Translations under genes and position numbers: made by a program
The notes under the pieces: model-generated
Told to the model about the DNA's origin: nothing
Databases searched by the model: none
The model's input: the letters and a program-made list of their open reading frames with translations, nothing else
Shown: piece after piece, positions 38,352 to 47,491 of the stretch
Position numbering within the stretch: position 1 is the first letter of the stretch
Layout: each line of letters starts with the position of its first letter
Assembly (NCBI GenBank): GCA_038065395.1
Contig: JBBTRB010000003.1
Coordinates: 19,851-83,850 of the forward strand
Direction: 5' to 3'
Length of the DNA stretch: 64,000 nucleotides
DNA from: Patescibacteria group bacterium
Lineage (GTDB): Bacteria; Patescibacteriota; Minisyncoccia; Phycocordibacterales; PALSA-1337

Positions 38352-38410
38352 TTTAATTTGATTAAAAGCGAATAATACCTACCATGTATAGTATAGCGTG
38401 GAATGAAATT

Positions 38411-38431
38411 GGGTGCCTAATGGGATTCGAA
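38411..38431. repeat. 21-bp direct repeat of the tRNA-His 3' end (distal att site of the integrated element)
   Basis: gggtgcctaatgggattcgaa is identical to 56965-56985 inside tRNA-His. Confidence 0.8.
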
Positions 38432-38673
38432 GCTTACAGCTTCAGTACACCTTTCGCATTTTCTTCCCTTCTTCGCTAAAGCTTCGAAGTGTCGAAAATA
38501 TGCTCAAGGTCTTCGAATCCCATCCGCAAGGTGCGCAGGCACCTTGCTTAGTCACCCCTACGCAAAAATTCCCACGCGGGAATTTTGCTACGGGGTCGCG
38601 TGGTCGCGCAGGTTAGGACAATATTCGAGAAAATTGATGACGCGACGATCTACATTCCAAGCTTCAAAGATTG

Positions 38674-38712
38674 TTACCCCACACCTGCTCTCACTATATC
38701 TAAAAAATAATC
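38674..38712. repeat. promoter-like 39-nt motif, copy at left end of the island
   Basis: ttaccccacacctgctctcactatatctaaaaaataatc; 38/39 identical to 45677-45715. Confidence 0.5.
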
Positions 38713-38727
38713 TGACTCCCAAAATTG

Positions 38728-39921
38728 TTACAGATCACTTTCAAATTTATCCCTAATTACCTGAAAGCTGCTCATTTCTGTCTGAGACACAGCTTCGCCA
38801 CGAGGAAAATCTGTAGTTAGAGGATTAATAGGTGACCCGTTTTCAAACATGGCATATTGAAGATGGGGACCGGTAGAAATCCCTGTTGATCCTACATATC
38901 CGATCACGTCACCTTGCTCAACCGTTGCTCCGGTCTCTATGTCTTTGGCAATCTTTGAAAGATGAGCATACTGAGTAAGGTAGTTCCCATGTTTAACTTC
39001 AACTGTAATACCCAGACCTCCCTTTGATCCTGCAACGGTCACCTTACCGTCTGCTGTAGCAATAACAGGTGTACCGGAATCAGCTGCATAATCTATTGCA
39101 CGATGCGGAGTAACCTGTTTAGTAACTGGATTGGTACGCTTGTAACTAAATCCTGAGCTTATACGAGCATAATTAAGTGGTGATTTGAGAAACTGGCGAG
39201 CAAGAGACTTTCCTTCTGAGTCATAAAATTTATCATTGAAACGAAAAGCTGTGTATGTTTTGTCGCCGTTTGTGAATTTTGCAGCCAGTATTCTTCCAGC
39301 TCCTGCATCCTTGCCGTCAAGAGTTCGCTTTTCATAGACAACAGAAAAAGAATCCCCTTCGCGTATGTCGGTTGCGAAATCAATATCGCTTGAAAAGACA
39401 TCTGCAATTCCCATGGTTGCCTTGTCTTCGAGCCCTACAGACTGTGCCGCTAAAAATAGAGAGTCGGTGATCGTTCCTCTGGCTGTCGCATTCTCAATCA
39501 CATAAGGGATTTCTTCCTCCGTAGCAACGAAGGCATCTTCCTGCTTTTTTACATGAACCACCGTATCGCTATTTAATGGATACTCCATCGCTGCGAACGC
39601 TTCTTGAACAAATACGAGCTTAAGGACCTTCCCGGCGTTCATTTTTGTAAAATCAAAAACATCCTTCGAGGAGCTAAGGATGGAGTACGCTTGCTCATAG
39701 GGAACATTCATACCAGTCATTACCTCGGCGAAGGTATCTCCTGGTTCAATTTTATACTCTTTCACAATACCCTCAGGTAGATCACTTTGAGGCAACAATT
39801 GAAGCGCCTCACCTTGCTTTGATACTGCTTTTACATTATCCGATGCTCCAATTTTGATGCTAACGAGGGGGATGGTCGCAACAACAGCGAGCCCAAATCC
39901 CCACAGGGCAAATTTCTTCAT
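38728..39921 (-). CDS. M23 family (LytM-like) peptidoglycan endopeptidase
   Basis: HxxxD and HLQYAMFENG (HxH) M23 motifs; N-terminal signal/TM. Confidence 0.8.
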   Translation of the reverse strand: MKKFALWGFGLAVVATIPLVSIKIGASDNVKAVSKQGEALQLLPQSDLPEGIVKEYKIEPGDTFAEVMTGMNVPYEQAYSILSSSKDVFDFTKMNAGKVLKLVFVQEAFAAMEYPLNSDTVVHVKKQEDAFVATEEEIPYVIENATARGTITDSLFLAAQSVGLEDKATMGIADVFSSDIDFATDIREGDSFSVVYEKRTLDGKDAGAGRILAAKFTNGDKTYTAFRFNDKFYDSEGKSLARQFLKSPLNYARISSGFSYKRTNPVTKQVTPHRAIDYAADSGTPVIATADGKVTVAGSKGGLGITVEVKHGNYLTQYAHLSKIAKDIETGATVEQGDVIGYVGSTGISTGPHLQYAMFENGSPINPLTTDFPRGEAVSQTEMSSFQVIRDKFESDL

Positions 39922-39978
39922 AGGCTGTATATTGTAGCGAAAAAAGAAGAGCTTTTCAAGCTCCTAAAAGCCCTTATT

Positions 39979-41916
39979 TTATGAGGTTTTAAACAATCTT
40001 AGTCCGTTAAGTATCACCAGAATCGCCACTCCAGTATCGGCAGCAATGGCAATGCCGAGATTCGATATACCAAAGATGGCAAGGACGATGAAAGCGAGCT
40101 TGGAAATGAGCGCTGCAGTCACGTTCTGCTTTACGGTACGAAGCGCCTTTTTCGAAAGCCCCACAGCGTATGGGATGTTCAGAATATTGTCATTCATGAG
40201 AGCAATGTCAGCCGTTTCAATTGCCACGTCCGATCCCTTTGCTCCCATGGCAATACCGACATTTGAAAGTGCCAAAGAGGGGGCATCATTGACTCCGTCC
40301 CCGACCATCGCCACCGATCCGTATTTGTCTTTGAGCATCTGAATCTTCTTCACCTTTTCATCAGGAAGAAGTGACCCGTGCGCCTCCTTGATGCCGAGAG
40401 TTTCAGCAACGTATGAAGCAGTGTGCTGATTGTCTCCGGTAAGCATGATGGAAGTCACTCCCATTGCGGTAAGTTTCTCAATAGTCTGCTTAGCTTCATC
40501 TTTTATCCTGTCCGAGATAGCAAGAGCGCCCATGATTTTGTCACCTTCACTTACAAGAACCACCGTTTTACCTTCACGCTCGAGTTTCTCTGTCTTTTCA
40601 AGAATCTCCTTAGTCGTGACTCCATGGGCATCCATGAGCTTTAAATTGCCAACACAGTGTTCGAGATCATCACAGACCATGCAGGTTGCTTTACCTCCCT
40701 TACCAGCAATGTTCTGGTAATCCTGCATAGAGTGAGGATTGATCCCTTTTTCCTTTGCGTAGGCAAGGATGCTTTTCGAGAGCGGATGTGAAGAAAATTG
40801 CTCAACGCCGGCAGCGTCTTCAAGTACATCTTTCTCCGTGAAGCCATTAAAAGCGATCACATCAGATATGTAGGGTTCTCCGAGAGTGAGCGTGCCGGTC
40901 TTGTCGAACGCAACAGCTCTGACGTTCTTGAGCTCCTCAAGGTGTTTACCTCCCTTGATGAGTACACCTCGATGCGACGCTCCGCCGATTGCCGATGTGA
41001 TGGCTACAGGAGTGGAAATGACAAGAGCGCATGGACATGCGATGACGAGAAGCGTGATCGCCCTCTCAAGCCATATTACAAAAGGTTCACCAGTTATGAG
41101 AGGCAGCGCAGCAGCAACGATGAGAGCGATTAGAACGACCGACGGCGTATAGTATTTCGCAAAACGATCAATGAATTCCTGTGTAGGGGCCTTTGCCTTC
41201 TGTGCCTGTTCGACAAGGGCTATGATTTTTGAAAAAGTAGAGTTCTTGCTTTCCTTGGTTACCTCTATTTCTAAATATCCATTTTCATTGAGAGTTCCCG
41301 CAAAGACAGTATCGCCCTCTCGCTTGTCCTTGGGAATGGATTCGCCAGTGATAGTTGCCTCATTTACTGCTGATAGGCCTTTGATGACTTTGCCATCGAG
41401 TGGAATGAGTTCTCCAGGCTTTACCTGCACCTTTTGACCGACGATCACTTCACTTACTGGAATAGTCTTTCCATCAAGAAGCGTTGCTGTTTGTGGCGAC
41501 TTATGAAGAAGCGCTTGAAGCGCCCTTCGGGACCTGTCTATACCATAGTCCTCGAAGGCTTCCGCAAGAGAGAAGAAGAAAATGACAGCCGCTGCTTCCG
41601 GAAGTTCTCCGAGATATATCGCTCCGAGCGAAGCGATGACAACTAGGAAGTCGATATTGAGAAATTTCTGTTTTGAGAGTCCCCGCCACGCTCCTTTGAT
41701 GACGTAGATGCCCCCTGAAGCAATGGCGAGGGAGTAGATCGCTGTCACTGTCTCTGGATTGAATCCGAAGAGATTGAGAAAAAAGCCTGTAACAACGGAA
41801 ATCCCCGCAACCCAAGTAAGGAGTTTTTTCCAATTCACACTCAATGACGAAACCGCAGACTTATCTGTCTCGGGTTCGCAATGGTCACATGTGTTGTTTT
41901 GGATTTTGCTTGACAT
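39979..41916 (-). CDS. heavy-metal translocating P1B-type ATPase
   Basis: N-terminal CDHCEP metal site, TM CPC (IACPCALVISTP), DKTGTLT, SSHPLSK (HP), GDGVNDAP. Confidence 0.9.
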   Translation of the reverse strand: MSSKIQNNTCDHCEPETDKSAVSSLSVNWKKLLTWVAGISVVTGFFLNLFGFNPETVTAIYSLAIASGGIYVIKGAWRGLSKQKFLNIDFLVVIASLGAIYLGELPEAAAVIFFFSLAEAFEDYGIDRSRRALQALLHKSPQTATLLDGKTIPVSEVIVGQKVQVKPGELIPLDGKVIKGLSAVNEATITGESIPKDKREGDTVFAGTLNENGYLEIEVTKESKNSTFSKIIALVEQAQKAKAPTQEFIDRFAKYYTPSVVLIALIVAAALPLITGEPFVIWLERAITLLVIACPCALVISTPVAITSAIGGASHRGVLIKGGKHLEELKNVRAVAFDKTGTLTLGEPYISDVIAFNGFTEKDVLEDAAGVEQFSSHPLSKSILAYAKEKGINPHSMQDYQNIAGKGGKATCMVCDDLEHCVGNLKLMDAHGVTTKEILEKTEKLEREGKTVVLVSEGDKIMGALAISDRIKDEAKQTIEKLTAMGVTSIMLTGDNQHTASYVAETLGIKEAHGSLLPDEKVKKIQMLKDKYGSVAMVGDGVNDAPSLALSNVGIAMGAKGSDVAIETADIALMNDNILNIPYAVGLSKKALRTVKQNVTAALISKLAFIVLAIFGISNLGIAIAADTGVAILVILNGLRLFKTS

Positions 41917-41919
41917 TGA

Positions 41920-42117
41920 TTATTTGTTACCGCTCTTGCTCTTTGCGGCAGCCTTTAACTCTTTCCAAAAAGCTTTGTGTATCGACATTGTATCCTTCAG
42001 ATGTTTGCTGACCAACTTCTTAACGTCGGTTTTCGCGTCAGTGAATACCTCTTTGTGAATACGTACCTCTTCGTTGGCGTGATCTTTTAAAGATTTCAAT
42101 ATTTTTTGTATGTTCAT
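41920..42117 (-). CDS. hypothetical small Lys-rich protein
   Basis: 65 aa. Confidence 0.3.
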   Translation of the reverse strand: MNIQKILKSLKDHANEEVRIHKEVFTDAKTDVKKLVSKHLKDTMSIHKAFWKELKAAAKSKSGNK

Positions 42118-42131
42118 AGATTTAAATTAGG

Positions 42132-42788
42132 TTAATAGTTGACGTAATATTTTATCTTGGCATTTGCAGTCAAATCAGACACCCACTGTTGCGCTTCAGA
42201 CTGGAATTTCTGCTGTTTGAGCTGATCGCTGATCTGCTTTCTGAAATCCTCCATCTTCACGTCTTTTGGAAGAGTGGCTTTCGAGTCTTTGATGTATGCG
42301 TCTATCTCCGCTTCGCTCACAGCTACCTTTTCTGCTAGCAATTTTTCAAGCTTCTTTTGGATAGTGATCTGCTCTCGAAGTTTTTCCTCGGTCAAACCCT
42401 GTTGCGCAAGTGCCATTTCAAGTGTTCCGCCTTGAGATGTAACTTGAGTTTTTATCTTCTCAATTTCCGCATCAACTTCTTCTTTTGAGACATCTATTTT
42501 CTGCTTGTTTAATTCGGTCTCGATAAGTTTTTTATCGATGATCGCTTCGAGAGCCTGCTTGCCACCTTGCTTCTCAAGTTCTTTGATAACTGAAAGACGG
42601 CTGATAGGACTTCCATTTACCGTCGCAGCCACAAAGAGTCCTTTGGCAAAGATCAGGGCAATGATGATAAGAAGTACCGCTACTCCAATTGCAATATAGA
42701 GCGGCTTGGGCTTCTTGAATTTCAAATTGACGTAGCTTGCTTTAGGATCATCTTGAACATTTTTGTTTTCTGGTGTTGTATTTTCCAT
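42132..42788 (-). CDS. SurA N-terminal domain-like periplasmic chaperone, membrane-anchored
   Basis: TM anchor followed by a coiled helical domain resembling SurA_N/PrsA. Confidence 0.45.
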   Translation of the reverse strand: MENTTPENKNVQDDPKASYVNLKFKKPKPLYIAIGVAVLLIIIALIFAKGLFVAATVNGSPISRLSVIKELEKQGGKQALEAIIDKKLIETELNKQKIDVSKEEVDAEIEKIKTQVTSQGGTLEMALAQQGLTEEKLREQITIQKKLEKLLAEKVAVSEAEIDAYIKDSKATLPKDVKMEDFRKQISDQLKQQKFQSEAQQWVSDLTANAKIKYYVNY

Positions 42789-42801
42789 ATATATTTAATG
42801 A

Positions 42802-43458
42802 TTAATTATTTTTTGCCTTCTCGATAAGGAGCTTAAATGACTCGTATCCTTTCGGATTTTCTATCTTTTTTCCATCGAGGAAGAATGATGGGGTACCTTG
42901 GAGATTGAGACTGACTGCTTCCTTGTAGCTGTCATCGACTCGCTTCATGACCTCATCGCTTTTTACATCAGTTTTCCATTGCTCAATATTCATCACACCT
43001 GCTTCAATTGCATACTTTTCAAACTGATCTTGGTTTGCGACCGGCTTTTCGCTCCATTCTGACTGCTTGGTAAAGAGGATGCTGTACATCTCCCAGAACT
43101 TACCTTGCTTTCCGGCTGCTTCAACTGCATGCGCTGCTGTTCGGGAATTCTTATGTCCTGGCAACGGAAAGTATCGAACGACTAATCGCATATCGTCTTT
43201 GTATTCCTCTTTAAGCTTGGTAACTATTGGATAGAATGCTCCGCAAGCTTCACATTCGAAGTCGAGGTATTCAACAAGTGTTACCTTTGCGGTGCTCGTC
43301 CCAGAAACCCAATCATTTGCTTTGATCTCAAGTGCCGAAGCTTGACCGGTGTTTGTAGGTTCTACTTTATCTTCCGTCTTCTTGTAGCCTCCTTTCGCCA
43401 GAAGAAAGACGACGACAATCACGACGACGATTCCAATAATGATTTTAAGATTTTTCAT
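42802..43458 (-). CDS. DsbA-like thiol:disulfide oxidoreductase
   Basis: DFECEACGAF CxxC motif in a thioredoxin fold. Confidence 0.75.
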   Translation of the reverse strand: MKNLKIIIGIVVVIVVVFLLAKGGYKKTEDKVEPTNTGQASALEIKANDWVSGTSTAKVTLVEYLDFECEACGAFYPIVTKLKEEYKDDMRLVVRYFPLPGHKNSRTAAHAVEAAGKQGKFWEMYSILFTKQSEWSEKPVANQDQFEKYAIEAGVMNIEQWKTDVKSDEVMKRVDDSYKEAVSLNLQGTPSFFLDGKKIENPKGYESFKLLIEKAKNN

Positions 43459-43903
43459 AGGTATTTTTCTTTAAGCTGATAAATGCAAGCAGGTTAATAA
43501 TAATGAACGCCACCAATGCCATGAATGGAATGGTAATGAAGCCGAACCATTCAAAGAACTTGGTAGTGCATGATACTCCGAGCATGCATGGCGCAATGCT
43601 TTCGGGGAGAATCTTCCAATAAAGCAGGTTGTGGTAAATCGATATTAGAAGACCTGGAAGTGCGAGAGCAAGGACCGAGATGTAGGTCTTTCGGTCATTT
43701 CGAATAATACCTATCGCAACGAGAATCACTATCGGGTACATGGCGATGCGCTGATACCAGCATAATACACATGGTGGCAAGTTCATCACTTCACTGAAGA
43801 AGAGGCTTCCAGCCATGGCGATTCCTGCCTGAAGCAGGATGGCGTAGTGAAGTGTTTCGACTGATATTTTATTGATTAATTTTTTCATAATTTTAATTCT
43901 CAA
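43445..43903 (-). CDS. disulfide bond formation protein B (DsbB/BdbC family)
   Basis: PPCVLCWYQRIAMYP motif; 4 TM segments. Confidence 0.7.
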   Translation of the reverse strand: MRIKIMKKLINKISVETLHYAILLQAGIAMAGSLFFSEVMNLPPCVLCWYQRIAMYPIVILVAIGIIRNDRKTYISVLALALPGLLISIYHNLLYWKILPESIAPCMLGVSCTTKFFEWFGFITIPFMALVAFIIINLLAFISLKKNTYEKS

Positions 43904-44438
43904 CTTTACATACTTGAGGATCGATAATCTTTTTGGCGATCATGTAGACTGCGACTGCAAGCAGGATTGCTCCGATGATTCCAAACTCGCTGCCTCCGAG
44001 CGGTAGAAGCGTTAATATTCCTCCTGCGCCCACAAGCGTAAGGGTTGTGAGGAGAAATGACCCGCAGGCGGCACACCCCACTCCCAAGACTCCGCTTGCG
44101 ATACCAAGAAATCCAGTCGCAACACCTGTTTGTCCGACTTCCCTGATTCTGCGCTTCAGGAAGTAGGTGATCATTGCGATGTACATTCCAAATAGAATAG
44201 CAATCGCAATCGTGTAGGTAGCGGAGAGCGGTGTGAAGTTTGTTCCTATCGAACCCAGGAGACTGAGTGGCAATTGAATCTTACTTACGAAAGGTACATC
44301 CGATGAACTGACTACGCCCGCAACCAGTCGGATATTTGGAAGCCAAACAGCAAGCACAAATACCGACGCACTTACGACAAGTGCAATAACCACATAGGCA
44401 GGTTTGCGGAATACTTTTTGTAAAGCATCAAGAATCAT
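43893..44438 (-). CDS. hypothetical polytopic membrane protein
   Basis: Start chosen at MILDALQKV, abutting the upstream stop; contains GVGCAACGS. Confidence 0.4.
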   Translation of the reverse strand: MILDALQKVFRKPAYVVIALVVSASVFVLAVWLPNIRLVAGVVSSSDVPFVSKIQLPLSLLGSIGTNFTPLSATYTIAIAILFGMYIAMITYFLKRRIREVGQTGVATGFLGIASGVLGVGCAACGSFLLTTLTLVGAGGILTLLPLGGSEFGIIGAILLAVAVYMIAKKIIDPQVCKVEN

Positions 44439-44440
44439 AA

Positions 44441-45172
44441 TTATTTTGATGCAAGATCGATCAATTGCTTTATTGCAGAGATTGGCTGAGCTCCTGAAAG
44501 CGGATACTTCTTGCCATCTTTGCCGACCACAATGCTCCATGGTGTGCCATTGCCACCGGTTGCTTGAGCATTTTCAACTTCATCTTGAATATGCTTATCG
44601 TACTTCGTACTCGTGAGACAAGTGTTGAATTTTGCTGTGTCTAACCCTACGAACTGCGCAATCTTCGGAAGCTCTGCGGGATCGAGTCCATTGTTTGCAG
44701 GTGTGACCTCATAGAGGCGATCCGCAAATTCCCAAAACTTGTCGTTTCCTCCCAACTCGTTGGCGCATTCCATGGCGACAGCTTCCTTCCGGGCCTTAGA
44801 ATGAAGCTGATCGATTGGAAAGTGTCGGTATACCCATGCAACCTTTCCGTCTTTGCCGTAGGTATCCATCACATCATTCATCGTGTCTTGGAATCTCTTG
44901 CAGAATGGACATTCGGTGTCCGAGTATTCGACTATCTTCACTGGTGCGTTTATATCACCTCGAATGTGATCTTTTGATGTGACTGGTGCCATCTGCTCAA
45001 GATCACCCGTTTGCTGTGCCACTTGCTGTTGTTGTGGCTGATTTGCAGTACCTGATGCTGGTGCTTTGCCACCGCTGTAAATTACTGCGCCGGCAATGAG
45101 GGCTCCAGCAATAACTACAGCTATGGGCATTGCCAGCGTATTTTTTTGTATTGTTTCTTTGTTTTCTTCCAT
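44441..45172 (-). CDS. DsbA-like thioredoxin-fold protein
   Basis: DTECPFCKRF CxxC motif. Confidence 0.65.
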   Translation of the reverse strand: MEENKETIQKNTLAMPIAVVIAGALIAGAVIYSGGKAPASGTANQPQQQQVAQQTGDLEQMAPVTSKDHIRGDINAPVKIVEYSDTECPFCKRFQDTMNDVMDTYGKDGKVAWVYRHFPIDQLHSKARKEAVAMECANELGGNDKFWEFADRLYEVTPANNGLDPAELPKIAQFVGLDTAKFNTCLTSTKYDKHIQDEVENAQATGGNGTPWSIVVGKDGKKYPLSGAQPISAIKQLIDLASK

Positions 45173-45236
45173 AGCGACATAAAGTTAATAGTAAAAGCCG
45201 CAGTCCGAAAAACTGACGGCCAGCATTTCTTTGCCA

Positions 45237-45677
45237 CTAGAAAAGTTTAGGGTTTAAAATACCGCTTGAGAAAGCTTCCTTTAGAGGATTCGGGATGGAA
45301 ATCCTGTTTTTTAGGAAAAAGTTTCTGTATAAATTTGAAAGAGGCGGATTGGATGTATAAAAGATTTCACGCACGCCAAGCAATGCAAGCAGAGCGAGTA
45401 GAGAAAAGACGAGAGAAAGTGCTTCCTTTGCCGGAAGGACAGTAAACATATTTTGCCATGCCTGAATGTGCTCCATTGGCGACATTTTACAGATAGAGCT
45501 ATGGCCCGGCATGAACGGACAGTTAATAGGCTTTGGTCCGTAGTGTCCCGCCATTGCAAAATGGGATATTCCAAAAAGAAGAGTGACTAGAGTAAGCCCG
45601 ATGATAGCAAAGGTTAGAATTTTGAGGATTTTTGATCGCACGGTGTTAATTATATATTTTTGTTGGCCAATCGTCAT
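45237..45677 (-). CDS. hypothetical membrane protein
   Basis: 146 aa; the start codon lies inside the 39-nt motif. Confidence 0.4.
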   Translation of the reverse strand: MTIGQQKYIINTVRSKILKILTFAIIGLTLVTLLFGISHFAMAGHYGPKPINCPFMPGHSSICKMSPMEHIQAWQNMFTVLPAKEALSLVFSLLALLALLGVREIFYTSNPPLSNLYRNFFLKNRISIPNPLKEAFSSGILNPKLF

Positions 45678-46090
45678 TACCCCACACCTGCGCTCACTAT
45701 ATCTAAAAAATAATCCTGAACCCCCATTTTACCTGTAAATGCAGGTGTTCACCATTTTCCACCCTTTTTAAATGGGGGTTGACCACCGTTTTTTCACCGT
45801 TTTTAAACGGTGGTTACCCCCACTCTCACTCGCTATCTCGCTCAAAAAGTAGTTCCCGTTAATTTCCCGTTATTACGGGAACTTGGAAAGGCCTACCCCA
45901 CAGTCTCATTCACTATTTCGAGCTACTTCACCGATGACCGTAATCACCGTAATTTTGGACCGGACCAACTCACCTGTTATTCTCCTGTTCTATCAGGTGA
46001 GTACCCGCTAATTCACCGCTAATAAGGGTAGGAGAAACAGGTGCTTATCAGGAGTTATCAGGCTGCAAGGTTTTACCGTAAATCACAGCT
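45677..46090. repeat. non-coding array: three promoter-like motifs, each followed by duplicated 8-10 nt iterons and hairpins
   Basis: Motif copies at 45677, 45826 and 45893. Iteron pairs caccgttttt x2, cccgtta x2, accgtaat x2, cctgttat x2, ccgctaat x2, ttatcagg x2, several with adjacent inverted copies. Confidence 0.5.
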
Positions 46091-46095
46091 TGCGA

Positions 46096-46617
46096 TTATT
46101 TCACCCCACCTTGCTCCGCACTATTTCCAAGAACCTCTTTAACTTTCTGTGCGAGGTCACTCGGATCGAAGCGTCCATGATTGCCCAATCTCAAGAGCGG
46201 CACACCGGCTGATTTGAGAATACGCTCGACTTCATGGTCCCGATCTTGTCTGTCGGAACGCTCATGCGTTTGGTCATCAAGCTCAATGGCGAGCTTCGGA
46301 GCGATGTACGCCCGGTCGCAGAGCACGAAATCTACCGACTTACCGTTGATGTGGCTGAACGCACCGCGCCAGTTCTGGCCGGTTACCTTATGGTCAACGA
46401 TGGTTGGGAGATGCACTTGGGCGAAAATCAGATAGTCCTTGCCGACAGTCTGGACCAAAGCGTCATGGCACTCATGCTCTGCCCGGGAGAGGAAGAAAGG
46501 CTTTCGTTTGTAGAGGTAGCCTTTGGGACCAATTGGACCAGTGCCACCTTTTCTAAAAAACTCAATGAGTGCGATAGCTGCGATAATTATGACTAATAAA
46601 ATAATAAGTTTTGTCAT
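46096..46617 (-). CDS. DUF2726 domain protein
   Basis: FLSRAEHECHDAL...VDFVLCD...LAIELDDQTHE...RDHEVERIL matches the DUF2726 pattern. Confidence 0.6.
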   Translation of the reverse strand: MTKLIILLVIIIAAIALIEFFRKGGTGPIGPKGYLYKRKPFFLSRAEHECHDALVQTVGKDYLIFAQVHLPTIVDHKVTGQNWRGAFSHINGKSVDFVLCDRAYIAPKLAIELDDQTHERSDRQDRDHEVERILKSAGVPLLRLGNHGRFDPSDLAQKVKEVLGNSAEQGGVK

Positions 46618-46621
46618 TGGT

Positions 46622-46960
46622 TTATTTTTGAATCTGCTCGTAGTCCTCTTTGTTCCCGATCATGCGTATGTAGCCGTCAGTACCATCTACAGAAATAGCG
46701 CCGCATGCACATGGAGTCATTTTCTTATGCGTATTCCAGTAAATCTCTGTGCCACACTTTTTACACCTGATGTATGCCTCTTTCTTATTTTTCTTGTTGT
46801 AAGCATCAAACTCGTCTTTGGTGATTGGCCGATAGACTTTATCCATGATCGTCAAAAGTGCCGTCGCCTCGTCCATAGCGGTTTGATCATCGATATCCTG
46901 ACCGGGATTCTCTTTACGCCAGATTGCTTTGTATTCTTCTAGTGCTTGTTTTGAAATCAT
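46622..46960 (-). CDS. hypothetical zinc-ribbon protein
   Basis: CKKCGTEIYW...CACGAIS; start chosen at MISKQ. Confidence 0.35.
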   Translation of the reverse strand: MISKQALEEYKAIWRKENPGQDIDDQTAMDEATALLTIMDKVYRPITKDEFDAYNKKNKKEAYIRCKKCGTEIYWNTHKKMTPCACGAISVDGTDGYIRMIGNKEDYEQIQK

Positions 46961-47056
46961 ATAATTTGGGGTTAGTTTGGTTATTCCTCGAATACTTGCC
47001 GAAAAGCGTACACGAGGGCAAACAGGTGGCAAGAAGGCCTAAGATAAAGGGGTGGT

Positions 47057-47491
47057 TTAACTCTGAAACTCTACCTCAAACGGATACATGCCCATTCCGC
47101 ATGAACCTTGAAGCGTGCCGAGTTTTCCTTCGCCAATATCAATATCCGTTGCTCCTGACTGCGGTAAAGACTTGCTTATATTCAAGCTCGGAATACGAAC
47201 TGATGACGAGCAGTCGAAGGTTCCTTTTGTGTTGAATCGAATGATTGTTGGAATGCCTGCCTTGGCAATACTCTTTCGTGGCTGATATCCGCCTTTAGCA
47301 CTTATCTCTATAATTTGTTTTCCATCAACAATGGTGACATTGTTTGCATTTGCTACCTGTCCGGCATTACCACCACTTCGGGTGAGTATAAAAGCTCCCC
47401 CAATGAGGACCACTGCCACGATAACTGAAATAATAGTTGCTTTCATAAGGACAATTATACTAGAAGTTAAACACTGGCGGTATGACTCCAA
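47057..47491 (-). CDS. membrane-anchored cupredoxin-like protein (putative)
   Basis: TM anchor then a beta-rich domain ending GSCGMGMYPFEVEF (Cys/Met ligand-like). Confidence 0.4.
   Translation of the reverse strand: MESYRQCLTSSIIVLMKATIISVIVAVVLIGGAFILTRSGGNAGQVANANNVTIVDGKQIIEISAKGGYQPRKSIAKAGIPTIIRFNTKGTFDCSSSVRIPSLNISKSLPQSGATDIDIGEGKLGTLQGSCGMGMYPFEVEFQS

Noticed and set aside
45677-46090. Possible CRISPR array
   Set aside because: The repeated units are only about 60-70 percent similar, have irregular spacing and no flanking cas genes. The short iterons are duplicated in tandem rather than separated by unique spacers.
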